Of a stretch of DNA of 64,000 bases, positions 1-23,402 are shown piece by piece. This DNA is from Macrostomum lignano. Its lineage: Eukaryota. Position 1 is the first letter of the stretch; each line of letters starts with the position of its first letter. The notes under the pieces are model-generated. The model was not told where the DNA came from. It worked only from the letters and a program-made list of their open reading frames with translations, and did no database searches. Location: contig NIVC01000143.1 in NCBI GenBank assembly GCA_002269645.1, positions 186,001 through 250,000 of the forward strand, given 5' to 3'. Position numbers and translations under genes: made by a program.

Positions 1-308
1 TGCATTTTTTTACAATTGATCACATTGCATGGCTAGATTTGTAGAGTCTCTGATTCAGATAATGTAGGCAAATGGAGTAAATTTGGCTCAGAAATCCGTC
101 ACATGTCCAAGCAGCTTTCTTGTCAGCCAGCAACTTATTATGGCAGGGAAAGAGGGGTAGAGTATGAATTTTTATGCAAACACTTTTGAGACTGAGCAGC
201 CTCAAATAATGGAGCCTTTGAAACGCGACTGACCATCTGAAAGGCTCGATTGGGAAAGGATCTGGAAGATGTCGTTCTGGCGCACCTGCATCCGGGATGG
301 AATTTTCC

Positions 309-435
309 TGTCCTCCAACGAGCGCCTGCGCCTGTTGCATTAATGGCAACGGAACGTCAGTTTTTCTTCTTGACTTGACTTACCTGCAGGGATCTTCAGG
401 CATCCAAATGCAGTTGGAGGCGTCAAAACCCATTT
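309..435 (+). pseudogene. Degenerate copy of the end of EGF exon 13190-12998 plus the start of its intron
   Basis: + strand 309-435 (CINGNGT|gtcagtttttcttcttgacttgact...ggcatccaaatgcag...ggaggcgt) aligns by eye with the - strand of 13053-12918 (CIDGNGT|gtgagttctccttcttgacttgact...ggcatccaaatgcag...ggaggcgt). The LNGGR segment is lost and there is an in-frame TGA at 219-221. Confidence 0.7.
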
Positions 436-606
436 TTTACCTTCGGTAGCAAACTTTCAATTGCAAAAAGTGCTATGCAACCGAGGCTTTAAGGTGCTTC
501 AATGTAACAACAAATTTTACAACAAAATAAAACAAAACAGTGTAATAATTGTCAGTTCTTCAGTGTAAATACGTTCGTAATCGCATGCGTAATTAAAAAA
601 AAACAG

Positions 607-12204
<11,598 letters not shown>

Positions 12205-12213
<9 letters not shown>

Positions 12214-12340
12214 CTGCTGACTGCTGACTGCTGACTGCTGACTGCTGACTGCTGACTGCTGACTGCTGACTGCTGACTGCTGACTGCTGACTGCTGACTG
12301 CTGACTGCTGACTGCTGACTGCTGACTGCTCACTGCTGAG
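12205..12340 (+). repeat. (CTGCTGA)n 7-bp repeat starting at the stop codon
   Basis: TGC TGC TGA (12205-12213) continues as about 18 copies of CTGCTGA. Confidence 0.9.
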
Positions 12341-12997
12341 CTGCGGATCGTCAGCTGCCAAGTAGGTGTGCTGCACGAATTTCTCACTTTCAGCTGGGTA
12401 ACTTTTCCGCCATTCCATTTTTCTAAGCCAATACTTTGTTAAAATACTTTTCCGTATAGCATAACGCTTGCTATGGTACAAAATAACTTTGCTTATTTAT
12501 TTTTCGTTTTAAAACTAGCTGTACATGCAACTAACGTTTAAATCTCGTTTTGACCGATTGTAGCCTGCATACATCCTCTGCGATCCCTTTAGTTCATTTA
12601 AAATCAGTGTTAATAAATCTTTTAAATCTGTCACTCTACGTTAACGGTGAATTTGTATAATTTCTTCATGTAATTTGTGTGTGGTCTTATGATATACTTT
12701 AATATCCAAAACAACAATTTTGTGTGATATATCGCTACCTACAAGAATAAATCCCATTCTGCATCTCCGCTTTTGAGAATATGGAGCACTTCATCTGCGA
12801 GTGTCCCGCTCGTCTGCTACCTGAGGGCACCCTGCACTCTCTCTAGGGGGGTGGGGGCACGCTGCAGACACTGGCACTACTGAGCACTACCTGCACGTGG
12901 TCGCCAGGGGTGAGCAGAATAGGTGTTAACGCCTCCCCGCTGCATTTGGATGCCCAGAGCCCCCTGCAGCCGAGTCAAGTCAAGAAGGAGAACTCAC

Positions 12998-15900
12998 GTG
13001 CCGTTGCCATCAATGCACCTGCCGCCATTGAGGCAGGCGTCTGTTGGACAGTCGTTGTGGTTGTTGTTGCAGTTCCTGCCCTCCCAGCCTGTGAAGCAGC
13101 TGCAGCTGTAGTTATTCACCAAGTCTGAGCACAGGCCGTCGGCGCAGGGCTTGCTGGCGCAGTCATCAATGTTGATCGCGCAGTTGGTGCCTGCGATATC
13201 CAAGCAAAAAATTAATCTTACTTGTTCGCCTTGCCATTCAACAGAAATTTGTAACTGAAGATCAAATTTCAAGCAGAAAAAAATAAAATGCGCGATACCC
13301 CAAATAATATCTCATCGACTTCAACCCTATGCAAACAGAACAGAAAGCAAAAACCTGAACAAAGTCACTCACAACAGCCTTCGTATTGAATGCTTCTCGC
13401 AACCAAAGCTCTATACGCCTAGACAAGGTGGCTACTATACGATGGTTGTACAAAAATACCTGTGTAATACCTAATAGATTTAAAACGATAAGCAGTAAAA
13501 ACAAAACACTTCACAGACTTATTTTTGGCCTGCTACCTTTTCTTACTTTAGCTAAGATTACTAGAAGACTACGAGTACAAAAATTAATTAAAGATGGCTT
13601 AAAGTTTGGTTAAAAAAATCTTTCCACTCAAAGTATGCACCGTCAGCCCCCGCGCACTTCTGCAATGCCATACGAGCCGCTTCGATGCCAGCACTAAAGT
13701 CATTCATCACTCTGAAGCGCTGGCCCCCATGGACTCCTTGATGCGGAAAAAAGGAAGACGGCGCATGCCTTCGGTACGGTGGGATGTGAAAGAAGTTCCA
13801 CCTCATGACTTGATAGCTGTGCTTTGAAGACTGAATTTTGGAAGAGCAATTATAATCATAACTGATTAAACCTGCCCCGATTGGGCCAGATGTGGAACCG
13901 ACAGCTCAGTCGCAGCTATTGCGCGGCGCATCTGAAGGCTGCGTACGGCTGTTCAGTCCAAGGACTGGGGGGTCGCCACACAAACCTTCAATTACCCCAG
14001 CTAATGCTGGCACCCATTTTACAGCTGGGTGAAATGAAGCAATGCAGAGTTGAGTGTCTTGCTCAGGGACACAAAATTTTTAAGTGGGATCGGAAATCGA
14101 ACCCCCGACCTTCAAGTCGTAAGTCGGACGCTCTAACCACAAGGCTACAACCCCGGCATAAGACTGTAATACTCGTATTTCGTCGATGCTTTGAGATAAA
14201 ATTTGGTTGTTGCTGTGGAGTATGCAAGTATTATATCTGGGTGGGGTGCTACCCGAAGAGGCGCCAATATTCAATTTAATTTGAGTACAATCTGAAGTCG
14301 AAATTCGAATTTTTTTAATGTAGGCAGAGCGAGCACCATCAGATCCTTGCAAGGAACAGATTTTTTCGAACGCTTGTGCAATGAACGGAAAGTGCAATCA
14401 AAACGCATTGATAGCGGGTTGGCGCCCCGACTCTGAGGTGGCCGCCGCCCCTGTCTCTGAGGTGGGTGCCCTGTCTCTGAGGTGGACATCCCTGTCTCTG
14501 AGGTGGCCGCCCCTTTCTCTGAGGTGGCCGCCCCTGTCTCTGAGGTGGGTGCCCTGTCTCTGAGGTGGACATACCTGTCTCTGAGGTGGGTGCCCTGTCT
14601 CTGAGGTGGACATACCTGTCTCTGAGGTGGGTGCCCTGTCTCTGAGGTGGACATCCCTGTCTCTGAGGTGGACATCCCTGTCTCTGAGGTGGACATACCT
14701 GTCTCTGAGGTGGACATCCCTGTCTCTGAGGTGGACATACCTGTCTCTGAGGTGGACATCCCTGTCTCTGAGGTGGGTGCCCTGTCTCTGAGGTGGACAT
14801 CCCTGTCTCTGAGGTGGCCGCCCCTTTCTCTGAGGTGGCCGCCCCTGTCTCTGAGGTGGGTGCCCTGTCTCTGAGGTGGACATACCTGTCTCTGAGGTGG
14901 ACATCCCTGTCTCTGAGGTGGACATCCCTGTCTCTGAGGTGGACATACCTGTCTCTGAGGTGGACATACCTGTCTCTGAGGTGGGTGCCCTGTCTCTGAG
15001 GTGGGTGCCCTGTCTCTGAGGTGGGTGCCCTGTCTCTGAGGTGGGTGCCCTGTCTCTGAGGTGGACATACCTGTCTTTGAGGTGGACATACCTGTCTCTG
15101 AGGTGGGTGCCCTGTCACTGAGGTGGACATCCCTGTCTCTGAGGTGGACATCCCTGTCTCTGAGGTGGCCGCCCATGTCGCTGAGGTGGACATCCCTGTC
15201 TCTGAGGTGGGGCGCCCTACATGAAATCTTAAGGCTCGTGGATGCCAATTCCAAGATGTGGCAAAAGTTGAGCTTTTGCCATTTAAAGAGATTGCTTCAA
15301 TGTGTTTTTCATTCAGTGTTTCAATCAGTGTTTAACCAGAGTTGTTGTGGGGCGCCGTATTTTTAACGGGCGGATGGGTGGGGGGATTTAGCTGCCCCGC
15401 CTCCCTCCATTGGATATTTGCAGCAAGTCAAAAGTTTGGCTTAAATCTTATTTGGCTGTGTATTTAGCTGAAACTTTCACCGAACAGAAAAGTAACTTTA
15501 AATGTATTTATTTTTTTATATTTTCGATTTTCAAATAGACTTTGATTTAATTTGGCTGGTAATTTTAAGGCGTGCTTGAACTTCAACTGGCTTTGCACAC
15601 TCGGTCACCCACCTGTGTAGCCGGGGACGCAGCTGCAGTGATACCAGGGGCTCGCGTCTGTGTTGCTGCAGGTGCCTCCGTTTTGGCAGGGATTTACACG
15701 TGTGACACAGGGGTCTATTGTATCAGTGCAAGAAGTACCAGCGTGCCCATCAGCACACAGACACGGAGGGGTGCTTTCCGACACAGCACCCGGCCAGCAA
15801 GTCCCGCCATTCCTGCAGTCGCCCTCGCTGCAGGCGGCTCGCCTCGACCGCGCCAACGAATCCGCGCCATCGCTGAGCCCTGCAAGTCAATAATCAGGTT

Positions 15901-17996
15901 CTGACTGGTCAGTCAGTCAGTCAATGTGGTGAAACTGTCTTTTCCTATTTGATTTCAGATAGAAACAAAAATATTTATATCCATATATATATATAGTCTC
16001 AAATTTAAAACTTGTTTCTGCCAGTTTAACTACTTATTGAAATCCTAGTTTCTGACAGGCGGGGGCGCGTCCAGAGGTTTCAGGATGGGGGGCCCAGTTA
16101 GGGCCCAGTAAAAACTGAAGGGGCAATGCCAACATTTTGAATTGAGTTTTTTAATTATTGTAAAAGCTAATTTTTACCGAAAAGTGAAAATCACATCCAA
16201 AAAAGAGCTCGCAAAGAACGAATACAATAGCTAAGTTGATTTAACTAACATTCTAAATGTTTTTTGCCCAAGAACACTTTTTAGGATTTGCATTGGAACA
16301 TTTTTGAATAGAAAGCTAAACACAAATTCATTTAACTTTATAATTTACTTTTCCTGGCAGATTCTCATCAAAACACTCTGTTGGTTCATTTAATTATTGG
16401 CTAATCTCTGCAGAGTATATATTTTTACTGCGAGAGGAGAGGAGAAGTGAGAGGAGAGGGCAGAGAAGAAGGGGAGAGAGTAGGGAGGGAGAAATGGGAG
16501 GAGAGAGTAGAGGTGAGAAGAGGGAGAGATGAGAGAGATGAGATGAGAGAGGAGAGAGTAGAGAGGATGAAGTAGAGAGATGAAAGTGGAGAAAGGAGAG
16601 ATTATAGGGTGGAGATAAGCAAGCAGAGAGAAGAGAGGAGAGATGTTAAAAGGATAGTACAGATTAGAGATGAGGGAGAGAGAAGATAGATAGGAGAGAA
16701 GATCGAGACAAGAGAGGAGAGAGAATAGAGATGATAGGAGAGATGAGAAATGAAAGCAGAGAAGTAGAAAGAAGAGAGGAGAGAAAGAAGAGGAGGGACG
16801 TTTTGAGAGGGGAGAGTGAGGAGTGAGAAGAGGGGAGAGAGGAGAGAGTAGAGAGCAGAGAGAAATAAGAAGAGATAAGAGAGCAAGCAGAGATAAAAGA
16901 AGAAAAATGAGAGACGAGAGAGTAAAGTTAAGAGAAAAGAGATAAGGTGGTAGAGATGACAGGAGAAATGAGAAATGAGAGATAAGAGATGAAAGAGAAG
17001 AGAGAGGAGAGTGGAGAGAAAAGAGAGGAAAGGGAAGAGACGAGAGTAGAGGGGAGAGAGGAGAGAGGAGAGCAGAGAAAAGAGTGAGGAGAGAGGAGAG
17101 AGGAAAGAACAGGGAAGAGATGAGATAAGAGAAGAGAGAGGCAAGAAAAAAGAGAAATGTGAAGCGATAAGAGAGCAGAGATAAAAGAAGAGAAAGTAGG
17201 GATGAGAGAAATGACGTGAGAGAAGAGAGGTGGGGGAAGAGACAAAAGAAGAGGGGAGAGAGAAGAGAGGAAAGAGGAAAGAAGAGATGACAGGAGAGAC
17301 GGAAGATGAGAGAGAAGAGAGGAAACAGAAGCGAAGATAGAAGTTTCAAAGGATCCGAGGGATGTACATGTAGAGAGAGACAGAGGCAGGGGTCAGAGTT
17401 TTCTTGACTTTTCCAATACGTGTTTTAGATCGACATTGCCTGATATTCTGCACAGCACCCCAGCCAACGAGATCAATGCTTGCCTCAAATCTTAATTTTA
17501 CACGAATTTACTCCATTTTATGTTCGTCTCCATCCTAACTATTAACAATTTTTTTAAGTTTTTGTTTGAGTATGACTTCAAATTTTAGAATGCGTGCGAA
17601 AATAATTCCGGGAATTGGAATTCCACGGGTTCAAGATCCGCAGGTTTCAACAGCTTACAAGTGCTCGTATAAAAACTATTGTTTCTAAAATTAAAATTGT
17701 AAAAAAGAAAAAAAGGGTTTTTCAAACTATTTTTTTGGAAAATCCATAGTGAAAAAACTGAAATTGGGGGGGGGGGGGCCACAGGCGGGCCCGTGGCCTG
17801 ATTGCCCTGCCCCCCCCCCCACGGCCCAGCTCCTGCCACCCTCATTTTATCTAGCCTTCACCAATTAGCTTCCTTCTTTAGTTTTATAATTTTGAAAGTG
17901 CTCACCATCCGACAATCCACTCGACACTGATACAGCACCAGACTGATATGCAACAGTCAGAAATAGCAGGTGCTGCAAAAACCGCCAAGACAGCAT
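12998..17996 (-). CDS. Signal peptide + EGF-repeat exons: 5' half of a Crumbs-like gene (3 exons)
   Basis: Exon 17996-17906 encodes MLSWRFLQHLLFLTVAYQSGAVSVSSGLSD (signal-like; donor GTGAGC). Exon 15879-15613 has RSRR then two EGFs (donor GTGGGT). Exon 13190-12998 has an EGF plus half an EGF, CPTDACLNGGRCIDGNGT (phase-2 donor GTGAGT). Phases are consistent. No further minus-strand EGF exon is visible below 12998. Confidence 0.8.
13880..14153 (-). mobile_element. tRNA-derived SINE with CORE-like central domain
   Basis: - strand has an A box (TAGCCTTGTGG), a B box (GGTTCGATTTCC), then GTGTCCCTGAGCAAGACACTCAAC...CCCAGCTGTAAAATGGG resembling the CORE-SINE domain. Confidence 0.7.
14425..15210. 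repeat. 20-21-bp variant-repeat minisatellite (core CCTGTCTCTGAGGTGG + variable 4-5 nt)
   Basis: Constant core interspersed with GTGC, ACATC, ACATA or CCGCC variants; about 37 units. Confidence 0.93.
16430..17345. repeat. AG-rich low-complexity tract
   Basis: Degenerate GA/GAGAG polypurine run in intron 1 of the minus-strand EGF gene. Confidence 0.85.
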
Positions 17997-18112
17997 TGAA
18001 AGCGATATTGAATTTATGACGATGCGTCGACTGAAAAATTAGAAAGACATATCTGTGCACGTGTATATATCTTTATAGTTTCAATTTTTAACAAGCGATT
18101 TGTTAAACCGAA

Positions 18113-20466
18113 ACAACAACAACAACAACAAGGTACTGCTCCCGCCGGCCACGCAGTAGCCAGAAAGGGGGGAGCAGTCAGAAAGCGCGTCTCTGGGCCA
18201 TCGCCCTCAGGAAGTCGCATCCCCCTGCTTGGTCCGGGGCGCCAGCGTCACTCAGAAGTCGGTCAGGGTATCGCACCGTTCGCCTTTGGCCTCGCCTCTG
18301 TGGTCCCTGCAGCTTGAGCAGCAGCACGTCGTGTAGCGGCTCAGGACAGCGGGCCTCCGACCGGATGACGTGGCCAGCCAGTCGAAGTCGCCGCCCGCGC
18401 AGCAGGTCAGAAGGCCGCGTCAGGCGCGCCCTCGTGTAGAGCGCGGCATTGGTCTCGCTGCCTGGGCCGCTGCGCACTCCGAAAGCCGCACGCAGCATTG
18501 CCGCATGCGCAGCGTCCAACTGCCTCTCCAAGGCGTCCGTCAGGGTCCAAGTCTCGGCGTTGTACAAAAGGACAGTCTCGACGACTGCATGAAACAGCCG
18601 AGCCTTGAGCCCGTCGTCCAGGGCCTCAGATTGGAGCCCGGAGCGCACAGATCGAAATGCGGCCCAGGCCAGTCCTCGTCGTCTCTTCAGGTCGTCGGCA
18701 ACGTCCGGCACGGAACCGCCGAGGTACACAAAGCGCTCGCAGCGGGTAAGCATAAATGCATTCCCGGCAGCGTCTCGGTAATTGATCTCGGCCGGCAGGT
18801 CGGAGGGCACCGTGAACACTACCGTCTTCCGCGCGTTCAGCTTAAGGCCGACCCGCGCCGCTGCCGCCGTCAGGCCATCAAGCAGCCGCTGGGCACCTTC
18901 AGCCGTCGATGAAAGTAGCGCGAGGTCGTCCGCGTAGCCGAGAACGGAGAGCCGCTTCTCCGGGTGCCGCCGACTCGTGCGTCTTCTCAAAAGGAAGCCG
19001 TCATCCAGGTTGGGCAGGCCGGTTCTCAGCACCCAGTCCAGTGCCAGCACAAACAGAAAAGGCGCCAAAGTGTCACCCTGCAGCACGCCTGACGATGTGC
19101 TGAATTGGTCTGACAGTCCATCTGGCGTCATCACCGAAGCGTTCGTGTCCTGGTACATCGCCATGATGGCGGAAATCAGTTGCTCCGGTACATTGTACGC
19201 ACGAAGCACGAGAGGCAGCGCGCCGCGAGCCAGCGAGTCGAAGGCCTTGAGGAAATCAATGAAGATCACCACGAGACTTGACTGATGGATGCGCGCCTCC
19301 TCGATGATGCGGCGGAGGGCTAGGATCTGCGTCACTGTGCCGCGATGCGAGGAACCCGTTCTGCTCAGTTCGCAGGAACTGGTCCAGCACAGGCTGTAAC
19401 CGAGCCAGCAGCACCCGGTTGAACAGCTTCGCGGCGCAGGACATAAGCGAGATCCCCCTGTGCTCCTCCTTCCGTGTCGTGCCTGGCTTCTTTGGGATCG
19501 CGACGATGTGCGCGGTTGTCCACTCGCGGGGCGCGGCATCTCCAGAAAGGACACCGTTCATCACACGAGCCACCTCAATGGCGACCCTTGTGACTCGCAG
19601 CACCTCGATAGGCACCTCGTCCGGCGCGACCTCCCGGCGCCTGGCGAGCGAACTGCACAACGTCGTTGCTGGTCACTGGCTGGGTGTTGAAATCTTCCTG
19701 CGACGGCAGCGCCGTCTCGAGCGGCAGTGGCATCACTTCTGGCAGAGGCGGTGGCAGCGCGTTGACGATATCGGCGAAGAAGTCGCGTAGCTCATTTCTG
19801 CGCGCTTCTGGCGTGTCGCCGGTCAAGTTTAGCACCGTTTTCTTCTTGCGACCAGTCAAGGCGTTGATTGTCGGCCATACGAGCCGATTCCGTTGGTCGA
19901 GCCCTGCGGAGGTGACGCTTCGGATGGCATCGTCAACAGCGGCTTGCTGCCGCCTGACATAAACGTCTGACAGGGCTTTCTCGGCCTCTGCCGTCGGTCT
20001 CCTGGACCGTCGCAGCCTCTCGACTGTCCGCCTCGCCTCTTGAACCTCCTTGTCATCCGCCCAGACAGGGAGACTACGGGTTGCAGATTTCATCAGTGGC
20101 AGAGTTTTGCTCGCTGCCGTCACTACTGCCGCGCTAATTTCAGAGTAGTTACCGGTGCTCGCAGACTCTCCCAGTGCGGTGGCGAACGCGTACGCGAACC
20201 TGCCGCGGGTGCTAGAATCTCGCAGACGCAAAGCCCGGAAATAGCGGCGTGGGGGTCGCTTGGGCGGCCTGTACAGCGGATCCCGGATGCGAAGGTTGCA
20301 GAAAAGCAGGCGGTGGTCGGATCGGATGGACAGCGGGGCCATCGTGTCTCAGTCTGTCACCCGACTGCGCTCGCGGTTACGAACAAGAATGTGGTCGAGC
20401 TGGGCCCGGCGCGTCGTGGCGTTTCGGCGCGCGTTCCGCTTTCTTCGCTTACAACCAGCAAAAGTC
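18113..20466 (-). mobile_element. RTE-clade LINE, 5'-truncated and frameshifted (APE end + RT), (TTG)n tail
   Basis: QLDHILV...SDHRLL (APE); HRGISL...; IFIDFLKAFDSL, GVLQGDTLAPFLF and LGYADDLALL (RT) across ORFs 19575-20342, 19256-19660 and 18178-19554. Tail (TTG)n at ~18113-18131. Possible diverged TSD gttaaaccga / gttataccga. Confidence 0.92.
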
Positions 20467-23402
20467 GTTATACCGATATCTTCAACAACCAGCTGCACAC
20501 CTGTACTGTTTACCAATTTAATTTACAAGACAGCTCCATGTTTGTTTAAGTTCAGAGGTGTTCAATATTCTAGAGTTTTCAAGTTTGAGCTGACGGTGTG
20601 TGTTTCAAACTGAGGGTATCAGGAGGTTATATTAATTAGTTAGTAGATTTCGATAAAAAAAGTTTGTTTGATTGAAAATAGCGATAAAACTCATAACAAG
20701 TTATACTTAAGCCATACTCTTAATAATATGCAGCGATGGGTTGCGCTGAGGGCAATGCATGAAACTTGTAGAATTACACAGGTTCCGCTGACGCTCGTAA
20801 ACAGAATAACGACAACGTCAATTCCGGAAAATTTTTAAAAATAGTTTTGATATTTTCGCGACTGAAGCACCAGTTGTATGCAGGTTTAATTTATTACCGG
20901 TAGATTGTTTCCATATGCACATTTCTGCACTTGAATAGATAGATATAACGCAGAGGGGTTTCGCAGTACTACTGTAATACTACAGTATAATAATACAATA
21001 AGTACAAAAATACTAAATAATAGTACAATAATACTACTGTAGTACTACTGTACTCGTACTACTGTAAGTGGACCAAAAGAGAATTAGCATGCAGAGCAAC
21101 AGCATCAATAAATTAATAGGCATGAATTTAAAAGAGCCGTCTGATGCGGCATGCATATCTATACAAGTTATAATCCTCTTAATTATTAAGAAGACAGATA
21201 GTGGAGAACTTCGTACATCGCAGAAATGTTGTTATCTGACAAAAAATTATTAACCTTTTAGTGTTTCTGCACTCGCAAAAAGATTTTGACACTTTGTTAT
21301 TTATGGCCTGTTAAATGTACGCGCGTAAATGTAAATGTGCGTGTATGTTTTGGACTTTTTTAACTTTTCTATTCTTACGTTCCGCTTATAATTAATTTTA
21401 ATTGCAGCGTTGTATTGTAATTTGTTTCCTAAATTCCAATTTCTCATTGAATTTCCTCCCCTCTTTTCGGTAGCTGCATCATTCTAGCCCTCTCTTCCAT
21501 AGCACTTCTCCCTCATCAACACCATTCTGTACGTCCTGCTTGTCTTTCTTACTACGATGTTATTAAACAGCTCGTATGTTATTAAACTTTGAAATAAAAT
21601 TTTTTATTTTAACGTTAGCTATCTCAAATTCTTTAGAGAATGGGCCTTTTTGGTTCATTAAACTAATATGAAGGCAACTATAGCTTCTCAAATAATGGGT
21701 GAGCATGTATAATTTGCAGAGCATTAGCAAGCGAATTATTACTTGTATTACATGTATAGTATTTAAACAAAAACTATAAAACTTCTGCCTTTGCATGGCA
21801 TATGCAGCATGCAGCTGTGAGAGCGCATATATTTTCACTCTAAAAATAGCATACTTGATGGTGAATTGTTTTCTGAGTACAAAACTTACCGGTCCCCAGC
21901 AACCGCTAGCTACCGAACCGCTACCAAATTCAATATACCACCATGGCCCGATAAACAGAATAACAGCATTCAAAAAATCCAAATATCATCCTAAAAAGTT
22001 TCATCTGATTTTAATCATTCATAGGTAATCAGATTGTTTGCTGCATACACAAGAAGCTAATTTTGCGGGTTACATATATTGTCTCTGAAAAGGGCCGTTT
22101 TAGAGTTTTAAGACATTTTTTGAGATAAAAAAGTGGTTTTGAATTTTCGTTTTTGTTATTTTATCGTAAAATTCAATTTTTTTCAACGCTTTTTAAGGCC
22201 TTTCAAAATTATATGGACCAATGCAAGCATGTAACATTTTAGAGCAATTCTTTATCGAAATTTGTCACCCAAAATTGTATCCCGGACCTCACTATCAGCT
22301 GCTCCATTAGCAGATAGTTCGGTCGTAACTAGCTAAATTAAAACAAAATGATAACTAGGTAAGCAAAAAAACAGAATCAGAACCAAAATTTTCTCAATGC
22401 TTATAAAAAGTATTAAAACTGCTCCAGGCACTTTTTTATTTTAAAAATGAGCTTATTACGGTACATTTACGAGCTATTATAAACTTAATAAAATTTAACC
22501 TCAATACACTCATTGAACACTTGTGAATGACTTGGCTAGCCGAACATTTTAGATGGAACAAGCAAGTGAACTGTTAAATTTAAAATACTTATAAGTTATT
22601 TAAAGAGGTACGTGCAATCAAAGTTTTCGAGCCCATGGGACACGTTTTAAAAATTCAAAAACGAAAATTTTTCTGACATTTACTAACTTTTACTAATATT
22701 ATAACTTTGTTAAAACAGTAAATTATAGTTATAAGAGCATTGAATTGAAAAAATATATAAGTAGAGTTATTAAAATTAAAAAAAAAACTATTTTATTTGT
22801 TATGATCAAGACAATTATAGCTATGATCAGCTTTTGGTTCTACCAAATTAAGCGAAGCGGATTTTTCCCAGAAAAAGCTAGACAAAAAGTAATGGTTTTT
22901 CAAATACATATAGTACTGATGAACTCAGCTGAAAAGTAGGCAAAGAAGCAAATATGTACTAAATTTTACGAATGAGAGAATTTGCTAGAAAAGCAACTAC
23001 AAGAAGTCAAGAATCGCATTTTGGATGCTACGTGAAAAAAATAAGATACTTTTATTCTATTGACAAATTGAGCTGTGATACATGCAGAAATGATGCTGGT
23101 TTCTAAAAAAAAACTAACAAAAATATAAGTCTGCTAAGCTTAGGTACTATATCAAGTATAAAAATATTTGAATAAGCCTATAATATTCGAACATTTCTAC
23201 TCACGACTTTTCAGTAGTAAATTAGTATAGTAATAGTTGGATGCGAAAACTACTGAAGATGATTTAATTAAAAAATATTATAACTGTCTCGGAGGATAAA
23301 GTATGCGAGTCAAAGTGAGCAATTTTTTGTTTGTTTGTTTGGATAGAAAGAAACTTAATTCTCTTCCGCAGTTTTGATGGGTGGCCGACCTGCTGGGCAT
23401 TG

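Noticed and set aside
356-389. Apparent 34-nt GT-AG mini-intron in both copies (356-389 and 12997-12964)
   Set aside because: The sequence after it does not continue the EGF in either copy, whereas splicing to 607 completes it; treated as shared intron sequence.
12770-12900. LINE C-terminal CCHC-like peptide (MEHFICECPAR) on +
   Set aside because: Too short to classify confidently; noted only because it lies near the putative breakpoint.
14080-14153. tRNA gene
   Set aside because: A and B boxes are present, but the sequence continues into a SINE core and I could not fold a full cloverleaf.
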